DNA of 64,000 bases from Chitinophagaceae bacterium (GCA_025933775.1 JAICZH010000001.1:7237-71236); one strand, 5' to 3'; counted from the stretch's first letter, positions 29,833-38,869 are shown. Numbers and translations: made by a program. Notes: generated by a model from the sequence alone, not told the origin.

Positions 29833-29858
29833 CTAACGGTTACGCATACACGAAAATA
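29833..29858 (+). repeat. Dispersed gene-end motif, copy C (CTAACGGTTACGCATACACGAAAATA)
   Basis: Abuts the stop codon of the minus-strand GT2 gene; consensus match. Confidence 0.8.
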
Positions 29859-29860
29859 AA

Positions 29861-31033
29861 TTATTTTGTTTCTAAAAAATTTTGATACGCCACATTAAAA
29901 AAATAGATGGTGAAATGATGTTGCAAATTTTCTATAGCCTGAATGATTTCTTTGTATGTCAAGCGGCCTTCACAAAAAATAATTTCATCTATGGAATATA
30001 ATTGTACACTTTCATTAATAGCAGCAGAAAGATTTGTAGCCGATTGTAATAATCGCATTTGTTTGCGAGAATTATTTTTTTTAAAATAAATCTCCACTTC
30101 TTCAAACTCTTGCGGGGAACCAATTACAAGGATTTGATTTGTATTGTTAGTCTTTTTTTTAATATTATTAAATGGAACCAATATAAACCTTCCCATAACT
30201 GATAAAGCTGCGCGTAAGTAAATACCTGTATGAATAAAAAAATTAAAAATGCCGGCTTCTGCTCCGCCATAATGTTTTTTTACAAAAATGCTCATGGCTT
30301 TATAAAACATTTGTACGTATTTGATACTTTCTTTTTGCGTACTTTCTCCTTTGAAATGTATGATGGTTGTTTCGGCAAAATAAAAATTTTTATACCCCGC
30401 TTTTTGAATCCTATAGCTCAGGTCAATATCCTCGCCATACATAAAAAAATTTTCATCAAAGGCGCCGACTTTTTCTATAATTTTTTTTGGAACCATCATA
30501 AATGCGCCCGAGAGCACATCCACTTCATGATTGCTGGTTTTATCTAAAAACCCAAGATGATATTTTGAAAAAATTTTTGATCGTGGAAAAAATAGCGCTA
30601 ATCCCGAAAGTTTATAGAAAGAAGTTGCAGGCGAAGGAAACGATCGCTTACTTTCTTTTAAAAAATTGCCGCTGCCGTCAATCATTTTTACTCCACATGC
30701 AATGGAATTATTTTTTGATTGAATAAAAGTAATGCAATTTTCAAAACAATCTTCCGGCACAATTGTATCCGGATTTAAAAAAAGAATATAATCGCCGGAA
30801 GCCTGTTGTAAGGCTTTGTTACAGGCTTTTGCGAAACCTTCATTTTCATTATTCCATATAAATTTTACCTGTAGAAATTTGTCGTAAAAAAAATTTTTGC
30901 TATCATCAGCTGAATTATTATCAACAACAAAAATTTCACCATCAATATTTTTCATTGCTTTTTCAACGGAGCAAAGACAGTGCGTTAAAAAATTTTTTAC
31001 ATTATAATTTACTATGATGACTGAAAGATGCAA
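29861..31033 (-). CDS. Glycosyltransferase family 2
   Basis: LSVIIVNYN, VVDNNSAD, LFLNPDT, FFMYGEDIDLSYRI; TTG start. Confidence 0.92.
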   Translation of the reverse strand: MHLSVIIVNYNVKNFLTHCLCSVEKAMKNIDGEIFVVDNNSADDSKNFFYDKFLQVKFIWNNENEGFAKACNKALQQASGDYILFLNPDTIVPEDCFENCITFIQSKNNSIACGVKMIDGSGNFLKESKRSFPSPATSFYKLSGLALFFPRSKIFSKYHLGFLDKTSNHEVDVLSGAFMMVPKKIIEKVGAFDENFFMYGEDIDLSYRIQKAGYKNFYFAETTIIHFKGESTQKESIKYVQMFYKAMSIFVKKHYGGAEAGIFNFFIHTGIYLRAALSVMGRFILVPFNNIKKKTNNTNQILVIGSPQEFEEVEIYFKKNNSRKQMRLLQSATNLSAAINESVQLYSIDEIIFCEGRLTYKEIIQAIENLQHHFTIYFFNVAYQNFLETK

Positions 31034-31165
31034 TGATGGTTGATTAGATGATTAGTTGATTAGTTAATTGGTTAAATAGAATAGTTAATACTAATAAATC
31101 AATTAACCAATAAATTCTTAAAAAACAATCCCGCAAAATAAATAAACATTTATAATCTTTGCGGA

Positions 31166-31942
31166 ATGTATAAGCAAACTCTCATTGACGCAACAAAAGC
31201 GGGAGCCGCAGAATTGATGCGTTTTTTCAACGGAACATTTACCATAAGTAATAAAGAAGGGATTAATAATTTAGTTACAGAAGCCGATCACGCTTCGGAT
31301 AAAGCAATTCACTCGGTGATAAAAAAAGTTTTTCCTGATCATGGAATTGTAAGTGAAGAAGCGGCAGAAATAATTTCGGACAGCGAATATAAATGGATTA
31401 TTGACCCGATTGACGGAACGGTGAATTTTGCCAACGGCATTCCCATTTGTTGCGTAAGCATCGGTGTGGAATATAATGGGAAAATGTTGATGGGCGCGGT
31501 TTATAATCCAATATTAAATGAATTTTATTTTGCTGAAAAAGGAAAAGGAGCAACACTGAATGATAAAAAAATTTTGGTAAGCAGTAAAACAGAAGTATTA
31601 AAAAGTTGTTTAGTTACCGGGTTTCCTTATACTTATTTAGACATGCCTAATGGCCCGCTCGAAGTATTTTCAAGATTAATAAGAAAAGGAATTCCTGTTC
31701 GCAGGTTGGGTAGTGCAGCGATTGATTTGTGTTGGGTGGCAGCAGGTCGCTTCGATGGATTTTATGAACATCAATTGAATGCATGGGACAGCGCAGCAGG
31801 TTTTATAATTGTAGAAGAAGCCGGCGGAAAAGTTACCAATTTAAATGGCGATGTGTATTCGCCTTATCAACCGGGAATCGTTGCAACAAATAGTTTAATT
31901 CATAATGAGCTTGTAGAATGGGTGAAAGGGAATGTTAGTTAA
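31166..31942 (+). CDS. suhB: Inositol monophosphatase family protein
   Basis: VSEE, WIIDPIDGTVNF, RRLGSAAIDL, WDSAAG. Confidence 0.92.
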   Translation: MYKQTLIDATKAGAAELMRFFNGTFTISNKEGINNLVTEADHASDKAIHSVIKKVFPDHGIVSEEAAEIISDSEYKWIIDPIDGTVNFANGIPICCVSIGVEYNGKMLMGAVYNPILNEFYFAEKGKGATLNDKKILVSSKTEVLKSCLVTGFPYTYLDMPNGPLEVFSRLIRKGIPVRRLGSAAIDLCWVAAGRFDGFYEHQLNAWDSAAGFIIVEEAGGKVTNLNGDVYSPYQPGIVATNSLIHNELVEWVKGNVS

Positions 31943-32016
31943 TTACAATAGAAAATTTTGAATTTATTTTTTTAATAAAATATGAATAATCAAAAATAAT
32001 TTTGTCTTACAAGTTA

Positions 32017-32064
32017 GTTCCCTCTCCTTTTGGAGATCCCGATTATTATCGGGAGGGGTGAGGC
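32017..32064 (+). repeat. REP-like palindrome with a second palindrome nested inside
   Basis: CCCTCTCCTTTTGGAGA + TCCCGAT-TATT-ATCGGGA (32037-32054) + GGGGTGAGGC. Confidence 0.75.
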
Positions 32065-32085
32065 TAAACATCGTAAATCGTACAT

Positions 32086-33117
32086 ATGAATCATGAACGC
32101 ACAGAAATATCCACCCTTGGCGAGTTTGGCCTCATTGATCATCTCACAAAAAATAATGAAATAAAAAATGCATCTACCATTGTGAGCGTTGGTGATGATG
32201 CTGCTGTGCTTGATCATTTGGGAAAACAAATCGTGGTAACAACAGATATGCTGGTGGAAGGAATTCATTTTGATATGATGTACACCCCGCTAAAACATTT
32301 GGGTTATAAAAGTGTAATTGTAAACCTTAGCGATGTGTATGCCATGAATGCAATGCCGCAGCAAATAACGATGAGCATTGCATTCAGTAACCGTTTTAGT
32401 GTAGAAGCCCTGGATGAATTTTATGAAGGTGTATATGCTGCGTGTAACCGGTACAATGTTGATTTGATTGGTGGCGACACTACTTCTTCTCAAAAAGGAT
32501 TTATTATTTCTGTTACTGCAATTGGCGAAGTAGCGCCCGATAAATTTGTAAAAAGAAGTGGAGCAAAAATAAATGATCTCATTTGTGTGAGCGGGGACCT
32601 GGGCGCGGCATTTCTTGGATTAACTATTTTGGAAAGAGAGAAAAAAATTTTTCTTGAAACAAAAGGCGTGCAACCCAATTTGGAAAACCAGGATTACATC
32701 ATTGGCCGTTTTTTAAAACCCGAAGCAAGAAAAGATATTATTGAATTTTTTGCAACCAATGAAATAATTCCTACTTCGATGATTGACATAAGTGATGGAT
32801 TGAGCAGTGAATTATTGCACATTTGCAGGCAAAGTGAAAAAGGCTGTGTATTGTATGAAGAAAAAATTCCGGTGAATGACATGGCGCGCCAGTTTGCATA
32901 CAAATTAGAGATAGACCCTACCGCTTGTGCACTTAGCGGAGGCGAAGATTATGAATTACTTTTTACAATCAATCAAAAAGATTATGATAAGATTGTTGCC
33001 AAAAGCGATATAACTGTTGTTGGTCACATTACCGAAAAAGATGCAGGAGCATTATTAATTACAAAAGGTGGCAATAAACATAAGCTCACTGCGCAGGGAT
33101 GGAATGCGTTTGTATAA
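32086..33117 (+). CDS. thiL: Thiamine-monophosphate kinase
   Basis: LGEFGLI, VGDDAAV, NLSDVYAM, IGGDTT, IDISDGLSSEL, GGEDYELLFT. Confidence 0.96.
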   Translation: MNHERTEISTLGEFGLIDHLTKNNEIKNASTIVSVGDDAAVLDHLGKQIVVTTDMLVEGIHFDMMYTPLKHLGYKSVIVNLSDVYAMNAMPQQITMSIAFSNRFSVEALDEFYEGVYAACNRYNVDLIGGDTTSSQKGFIISVTAIGEVAPDKFVKRSGAKINDLICVSGDLGAAFLGLTILEREKKIFLETKGVQPNLENQDYIIGRFLKPEARKDIIEFFATNEIIPTSMIDISDGLSSELLHICRQSEKGCVLYEEKIPVNDMARQFAYKLEIDPTACALSGGEDYELLFTINQKDYDKIVAKSDITVVGHITEKDAGALLITKGGNKHKLTAQGWNAFV

Positions 33118-33122
33118 AATAT

Positions 33123-33257
33123 TTAATAACCTGAATAGCCGCGATTGCTCACTCCACGATTATGCCTGGCTCCCGTAGCGTATTTTGAGCCATTGCAACT
33201 TGATATAAATAATATCAGCGCCATTATGAATGCAATAAGTTTTAAGCTGTTTTTCAT
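33123..33257 (-). CDS. 44-aa small lipoprotein (absent from ORF track)
   Basis: MKNSLKLIAFIMALILFISSCNGSKYATGARHNRGVSNRGYSGY*; basic N-terminus, hydrophobic core, lipobox ISSC. Confidence 0.7.
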   Translation of the reverse strand: MKNSLKLIAFIMALILFISSCNGSKYATGARHNRGVSNRGYSGY

Positions 33258-33379
33258 AAATTATTTATTATCGGTAAAATAATAATTTTTTATCATTATT
33301 CAAACATCAAACGTTGTTGAGCGTTGTTGTATTGCATAAAATTTTTTCTTTTACTTTTAAGAGCCTCATTGAGATTGTT

Positions 33380-33387
33380 TATTTTTG
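33380..33387 (+). promoter_or_regulatory. -7 promoter element for tRNA-Pro
   Basis: TATTTTTG matches TAnnTTTG, 18 nt before the tRNA. Confidence 0.6.
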
Positions 33388-33405
33388 CAATGAATGTTTT
33401 TTTTG

Positions 33406-33479
33406 CGGGATGTAGCGCAGCCCGGTAGCGTGCTTCGTTCGGGACGAAGAGGCCGCTGGTTCGAATCCAGTCATCCCGA
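33406..33479 (+). tRNA. tRNA-Pro (CGG)
   Basis: Acceptor CGGGATG/CATCCCG, anticodon arm CTTCG-TTCGGGA-CGAAG, T loop TTCGAAT; CCA not encoded. Confidence 0.97.
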
Positions 33480-33537
33480 CTGACGTGTGTTTATTTTTTT
33501 TTAGAAACAATTTTAAAAAAATTATTGAATTTAATTA

Positions 33538-33563
33538 CTAACGGTAATGCATACACGAAAATA
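33538..33563 (+). repeat. Dispersed gene-end motif, copy D (CTAACGGTAATGCATACACGAAAATA)
   Basis: Between tRNA-Pro and the convergent acyl-CoA dehydrogenase; consensus match. Confidence 0.8.
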
Positions 33564-33584
33564 GGTGATGCCTGAATGTTGCTC

Positions 33585-35375
33585 TTATAAAAAATATTTT
33601 CCTTCTTCAATCAGTTTATTAGCTATCAATCTTCTTGCATCTTTACTATTAAAAGGCGCTGCTTTTGTAAACCGTTTTAAACCGAGCAACATCATTCTTT
33701 GTTCATCACCTTCGGTAAATGCATTGATCGCTTCTTTACCGCTTTTGGCAACTTTATCCACCGCATCATTCAAATAACAACGCATCATCGCAATAGGCAC
33801 TTTAGAATTTTCTTCGCTCTTTTTATCAGATAATTTTATTACGCGAAGCAAAGTGCTTTCAGCAACAAAAGTTTCAATAGCCATATTAGCAATGTTCATT
33901 ATTATTTCTTCTTCAGTAGAAAGTTTGTTCATTAGTTTTTGCGCTGCAGCTCCTGCAATCATCAATATACATTTTTTTAAATTGGAAATTATTTTTTGTT
34001 CTTTTGCATAAGCGCCATTTTCATTATCATCAAAAGAAGGAATACTCATTAATTCTTTTTGTACATTCATTGCATGGCCCATCAGGTCAAGCTTTCCCTT
34101 CATGGCACGTTTCAGCATCATGTCAACAGTAAGCAAACGATTAATTTCATTGGTGCCTTCATAAATGCGATTGATGCGACTATCGCGATACGCTTTGCTG
34201 ATAAGATATTCATCGCTATATCCATTGCCTCCATGAATCTGCACGCCTTCATCCACTACAAAATCGAGCATCTCACTTCCATGAACTTTAAGTATGGCGC
34301 ATTCAATTGCAAATTCTTCTGCTGCTCCTAACATCGCCTCATTAAAAGGCATTCCGGATGATAACAATTCTGCTTCCTTTTCATCAATCCATTTTGCCGT
34401 TCTGTATAAAGCGCTTTCATCTGCATAAATTTTTATTGCCATTTCTGCAAGCTTATGTTTTATAGCACCGAAATTTGCAATAGCAGTTTTAAATTGTTCG
34501 CGTGTTTTTGCATACTGAATGCTGTCTGTTAAAGCAAGCTTAGCCCCGCCAACCGCAGCAGCAGCGAGTTTCAGCCTTCCAATGTTTAATATATTGAATG
34601 CAATGATGTGGCCTTTGCCTATTTGGCCCAACAAATTTTCTACCGGCACTTTACAATCCTGAAAATATAATTGAACAGTGGATGAACCTTTAATTCCCAT
34701 TTTGTGTTCTTCGGGCCCGCGTGTAAAGCCGGCTAACTCACGATCCAGAATAAACGCAGAAAAATCTTTCCCATCAATTTTTGCAAACACGGTATAAACA
34801 TCTGCAAAGCCGCCATTGGTGATCCAGCATTTTTGTCCGTTAAGCAAATAATATTTTCCATCGGGCGAAAGTGTTGCAGTTGTTTTAGCGCCTAATGCAT
34901 CGCTGCCGCTGCCGGGTTCTGTTAATCCATAAGAGCCTTTCCATTCGCCGGTTGCAAGCTTGGGTACGTATTTCTTTTTTTGTTCTTCTGTTCCAAAATA
35001 TAAAATGGGTAACGTGCCAATTCCTGCATGTGCGCTCACTGCTACGCTAAATGAATAACCGCCGCCGAGTCCTTCACTTACTAAAGTTGCGGTAACAAAA
35101 TCCTTTCCCAATCCACCTAAATCTTCGGGAACTGATGCGCCTAAAAGCCCCTGTGCGCCTGCCTTTTCCATAAGTGAAGGCATAAGCCCTGGTTCCATTT
35201 TATCAATACGATCAGCAATAGGTATCACTTCAGTTTGTAAAAAATTAAGGCACATATCTTTTACCATTATTTGCTCTTCGGTATAATCTTCGGGAGTAAA
35301 TGTTTCAAAAGCATTGCTTTGTTTTATCAGCCATTCACCTCCTTTCAAAATTTTATTAGATGTTGCGATGCTCAT
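33585..35375 (-). CDS. Acyl-CoA dehydrogenase family protein
   Basis: YGLTEPGSGSDA, NGQKCWITNG, KMGIKGSST, QIHGGNGY, RINRIYEGTNEINR. Confidence 0.96.
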   Translation of the reverse strand: MSIATSNKILKGGEWLIKQSNAFETFTPEDYTEEQIMVKDMCLNFLQTEVIPIADRIDKMEPGLMPSLMEKAGAQGLLGASVPEDLGGLGKDFVTATLVSEGLGGGYSFSVAVSAHAGIGTLPILYFGTEEQKKKYVPKLATGEWKGSYGLTEPGSGSDALGAKTTATLSPDGKYYLLNGQKCWITNGGFADVYTVFAKIDGKDFSAFILDRELAGFTRGPEEHKMGIKGSSTVQLYFQDCKVPVENLLGQIGKGHIIAFNILNIGRLKLAAAAVGGAKLALTDSIQYAKTREQFKTAIANFGAIKHKLAEMAIKIYADESALYRTAKWIDEKEAELLSSGMPFNEAMLGAAEEFAIECAILKVHGSEMLDFVVDEGVQIHGGNGYSDEYLISKAYRDSRINRIYEGTNEINRLLTVDMMLKRAMKGKLDLMGHAMNVQKELMSIPSFDDNENGAYAKEQKIISNLKKCILMIAGAAAQKLMNKLSTEEEIIMNIANMAIETFVAESTLLRVIKLSDKKSEENSKVPIAMMRCYLNDAVDKVAKSGKEAINAFTEGDEQRMMLLGLKRFTKAAPFNSKDARRLIANKLIEEGKYFL

Positions 35376-35517
35376 AGTTTATATTCTTTAAGTTTATAAA
35401 ATGAGATAAAGAAAATAAAAGAATTACTCAATCATCTCTTTAACTTTATCTTGTTATTTTTTAAATCCTTTCATGGTTGCTTTTTAGTATTAGCGCCTCA
35501 AAAAGAAAATTTTGTAT

Positions 35518-35538
35518 TTCCCCTTCGGGGTTAGGGGC
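35518..35538 (+). repeat. REP-like palindrome overlapping the MarR stop codon
   Basis: TTCCCCTTCGGGGTTAGGGGC; same family as 40096-40119. Confidence 0.75.
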
Positions 35539-35974
35539 TAAGATTCTCATACACTTTTTGTAAAACTTCTTTAGCCATATCAATCTGTGCAATCGTTACG
35601 CCAGTCAATGCTTCATTTAAAGTTTTATTTGCCAAAGCCATTGTTTTTTCCTGAAGGGTTAATGCTTCTTTGGTTAAATAAATCAGGTTGATTCTTCTGT
35701 CATCTTTTGATGGAATTCTTTTTACTAATTTTTGTTTTTCAAGATTATCAACCAACCGTGTTATGCTGGGTTTATCACGAAACGTAGCATCGCACAACTG
35801 TTGCTGGCTCTGGCCTTCCTGCTTCCATAAATGATATAGTACACTCCATTGCTCAATGGTAATATCAATGCCGGCTCGCTTAAAATTTTTTTGCAATCTG
35901 CGTGCAACGGCTGTAGAAGCCTTGCCTGTAATAAAGCTGTACAGTTCGCCTTTCTTAAATTGGTTGTTTGGCAT
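35531..35974 (-). CDS. MarR-family transcriptional regulator
   Basis: ITIEQWSVL, DKPSITRLVDNLEKQKLVKR, DDRR. Confidence 0.95.
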   Translation of the reverse strand: MPNNQFKKGELYSFITGKASTAVARRLQKNFKRAGIDITIEQWSVLYHLWKQEGQSQQQLCDATFRDKPSITRLVDNLEKQKLVKRIPSKDDRRINLIYLTKEALTLQEKTMALANKTLNEALTGVTIAQIDMAKEVLQKVYENLSP

Positions 35975-35975
35975 A

Positions 35976-35993
35976 TAGTTGTTTATGCAACTA
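35976..35993. promoter_or_regulatory. Candidate MarR autoregulatory operator
   Basis: Palindrome TAGTTG-TTTATG-CAACTA 2 nt upstream of the marR ATG. Confidence 0.65.
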
Positions 35994-36076
35994 CGAATTT
36001 AATAAATATTTTGAGTTGCTAAAATTATTTTTTTGCTAATTAATTTTTAATTGTAAATCTGCACAAATAATTTTAA

Positions 36077-37240
36077 ATGATTTTTTGGCTGATAACAATT
36101 TTTCTTTTATTGCCATATCTTTTTTTGCTGCTGTATTACAGGCAAGGATGGGTTGAGATGAAAAATTATGTTCCTTCCAAACCATTTACAGAAGCGGGGC
36201 TTCCATTTGTTTCTATAATTATTGCTGCGCGTGATGAAGAAAAAAATATTGGCAATTGCATTCGCTCAATTATTAATCAAACTTATCCGCAAACAAAATT
36301 TGAAATTATAATTATTAATGACCATTCCACGGATAATACCGTTTCAATTATTAATTCATTTCAAAAAGAAAATATTTTGATTTTAAACCTTGCTGATTAT
36401 ACCAAAAACGAAATTTTAAATTCATACAAAAAAAAATCCATAGAAACTGCCATGCAATTTGCAAAAGGAAATTTAATTGTAACTACAGATGCAGATTGCA
36501 TGGTTCCTGAAAGATGGCTGGAAACAATTGCATTTTTTTATAAAGAAAAAAAACCGGTTTTTATTGCGGCTCCTGTTATTTTTTCCCCCTCTCCCCCCGG
36601 GGAGGGGTTAGGGGTTCGGCTTTTAAAAATTTTTCAGTCACTCGATTTTATAACGTTGCAGGGAATTACAGGCTCATCGGTTCATAAAAAATTTCACAGC
36701 ATGTGCAATGGCGCTAACCTGGCCTATGAAAAAAAAATTTTTTATGAAGTAAACGGTTTTGAAAATATAGATACGATTGCCAGCGGCGATGATATGCTGC
36801 TGATGTATAAAATTCAAAAAATTTATCCTCACAAAATAGAATATATAAAATCGTCAAACGTAATAGTACAAACGCAACCGGCACAGAATATTAAAGAATT
36901 TATAAGCCAAAGAATACGCTGGGCAAGCAAAGCAGATAAGTACAGTGATAAAAAAATAACTGCGGCTCTTTTACTGGTGTATCTTTTAAATGCATGGATT
37001 TTTATTTTAGGTATTTCATCTTTTTTTGTGAGCCAAATTTTTTATTTGTTTTTAATCGCATTGATTATAAAAATTTTTATGGAATTAATTTTTCTTTTTC
37101 CAATTGCTATCTTTTTTAAAAAACAAAAACTACTTTGGTGGTTTGTACCTTCGCAACCTTTTCATATCATTTATATTTTAATTGCAGGATGGTTGGGAAG
37201 ATTTGGAAGTTATAAATGGAAAGGCAGGAAGGTGAAATAA
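36077..37240 (+). CDS. Membrane glycosyltransferase family 2
   Basis: SIIIAARDEE, INDHSTD, TTDADC, SGDDMLL, QRIRWASK; TM helices at both ends. Confidence 0.9.
   Translation: MIFWLITIFLLLPYLFLLLYYRQGWVEMKNYVPSKPFTEAGLPFVSIIIAARDEEKNIGNCIRSIINQTYPQTKFEIIIINDHSTDNTVSIINSFQKENILILNLADYTKNEILNSYKKKSIETAMQFAKGNLIVTTDADCMVPERWLETIAFFYKEKKPVFIAAPVIFSPSPPGEGLGVRLLKIFQSLDFITLQGITGSSVHKKFHSMCNGANLAYEKKIFYEVNGFENIDTIASGDDMLLMYKIQKIYPHKIEYIKSSNVIVQTQPAQNIKEFISQRIRWASKADKYSDKKITAALLLVYLLNAWIFILGISSFFVSQIFYLFLIALIIKIFMELIFLFPIAIFFKKQKLLWWFVPSQPFHIIYILIAGWLGRFGSYKWKGRKVK
36584..36618 (+). repeat. REP-like palindrome translated in frame inside the GT2 gene
   Basis: TCCCCCTCTCCCCCCGGGGAGGGGTTAGGGGTTCGG encodes SPSPPGEGLGVR. 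Confidence 0.8.
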
Positions 37241-37258
37241 ACAAGCAGACAAAAGTAA

Positions 37259-38338
37259 ATGGCTCAATCTTTTTCTTTCTCTCAAAATATATGGCGGCGG
37301 CTCAAAAAAAATAAAGGCGCCATGATTGGATTAATTATTATTTGCCTTTCTGTGCTTATCGGAATTTTCGCTTACTTTCTTGGTATAGATAATTCACCGA
37401 ATGCTAACAGGCAGGTTGTGGAAATACAGGCGCGAAAGCCAGGATTTAAACAAATGTTTCTTTTGAAAAAGAAAGAAAAAAAAATTGCATCAACCGGTTT
37501 TTTTGAACAGTTATTATTTGGCAAAGAAGATAAAAATATTTATATCCCTGTCAATTCATATCACGAAAATGTTGATTCGATTATTGTTGAAAAATATATT
37601 GATGAAGGAATTGAAGAACGACAATCATTTGCAAAAAATCAATTACCTGAAAAATTTATTGTAAAAAAAACTTTCTGGCTCGGCACCGATACATTTGGCC
37701 GCGATATTTTAAGCCGCCTAATTGTTGGTGTTCGTGTGAGCCTTGCCGTGGGCTTTATTACTGTTTTAATTTCTTTAAGCATTGGAATTATTCTGGGCGC
37801 AGCTGCAGGTTTTTTTGGAGGAAGAACCGATAATATTATTATGTGGTTCATCAATGTAATTTGGAGCATGCCCACATTGCTTTTAGTTTTTGGGATAACG
37901 CTTGCACTCGGAAAAGGTTTCTGGCAAATATTTATTGCGGTAGGTTTGACGATGTGGGTAAATGTGGCGCGAACCATACGCGGACAAGTTTTCGCTATTC
38001 GCGAAATGGAATATATTCAGGCAGCAAAAGCGCTGGGCTTAAAAAATATTAGAATTATTATGCGTCATATTTTACCAAATGTAATGGGGCCGGTAATTGT
38101 AATTGCCGCTTCTAATTTTGCAAGCGCTATTATTATTGAAGCGGGATTAAGTTTTTTAGGAGTTGGCGTACAACCTCCAACACCGAGCTGGGGATTGATG
38201 CTAAAAGAAAATTATAATTTTATCATTACCCATAATCCGGCGCTGGCACTGGCTCCGGGCATAACCATTATGATATTGGTTCTTGCATTTAATCTTTTTG
38301 GAAATGGATTGCGCGATGCGTTGGATGTGAGAGGATGA
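37259..38338 (+). CDS. ABC transporter permease (OppC/DppC family)
   Basis: LGTDTFGRDILSRL, EYIQAAKALG, HILPN, LSFLGVGVQPPTPSWG. Confidence 0.93.
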   Translation: MAQSFSFSQNIWRRLKKNKGAMIGLIIICLSVLIGIFAYFLGIDNSPNANRQVVEIQARKPGFKQMFLLKKKEKKIASTGFFEQLLFGKEDKNIYIPVNSYHENVDSIIVEKYIDEGIEERQSFAKNQLPEKFIVKKTFWLGTDTFGRDILSRLIVGVRVSLAVGFITVLISLSIGIILGAAAGFFGGRTDNIIMWFINVIWSMPTLLLVFGITLALGKGFWQIFIAVGLTMWVNVARTIRGQVFAIREMEYIQAAKALGLKNIRIIMRHILPNVMGPVIVIAASNFASAIIIEAGLSFLGVGVQPPTPSWGLMLKENYNFIITHNPALALAPGITIMILVLAFNLFGNGLRDALDVRG

Positions 38339-38392
38339 ATGTTGAATTCATTTTTATTATGAATATATTTTTGATCAAAAATCAATTATGCT

Positions 38393-38869
38393 TTAGCTGA
38401 CATCTTTTGCTACCAACACACTGCGGTTAAAACTTTCTTCAAGTGAAATAAGTGTTTCGGTGCGTTCTATTCCTTTTATTTTTTGAAGGTCATCATGCAA
38501 AACGGTTCTAAGTTGATTAATATCTTTGCAAACTATTTCAATGTACATGCTATAATTCCCGGTGGTATAATTGAGTCGTACAATTTCAGGAATTTTTTCA
38601 AGCTCTTTTGCAACCGAATCGTACATGGAACTTTTTTCGAGAAAGATGCCGACGAATGCAGTAATATCGTAACCCAATTGTTTTAAATTTACCCGTAATT
38701 TTTTACCTTTAACGATGCCGAACTCTTCAAGTTTTTTTATGCGAACATGAATCGTTCCGCCGCTTACAAAAAGTTTTTTGCCCAGTTCGGCATAAGGAGT
38801 TTCGGCATTTTGCAGCATCTCCTGGATGATCTGCAAATCGAGTTTGTCAAGATTTAACTTTGAAGCCAT
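38393..38869 (-). CDS. Lrp/AsnC-family transcriptional regulator
   Basis: LDKLDLQII, TIHVRIKKLEEFGIVKG, TTGNYS. Confidence 0.95.
   Translation of the reverse strand: MASKLNLDKLDLQIIQEMLQNAETPYAELGKKLFVSGGTIHVRIKKLEEFGIVKGKKLRVNLKQLGYDITAFVGIFLEKSSMYDSVAKELEKIPEIVRLNYTTGNYSMYIEIVCKDINQLRTVLHDDLQKIKGIERTETLISLEESFNRSVLVAKDVS

Noticed and set aside
29861-31033. GT2 gene as a truncated pseudogene
   Set aside because: The catalytic domain is intact and there is no frameshifted continuation; the C-terminus abutting motif copy C is not enough to call truncation.
31943-32085. TPP riboswitch before thiL
   Set aside because: No TPP aptamer core is present; the structure here is the nested REP-like repeat.
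33406-33584. tRNA-Pro as a prophage or island attachment site
   Set aside because: No integrase and no duplicated tRNA 3' end in the window; core genes flank it.
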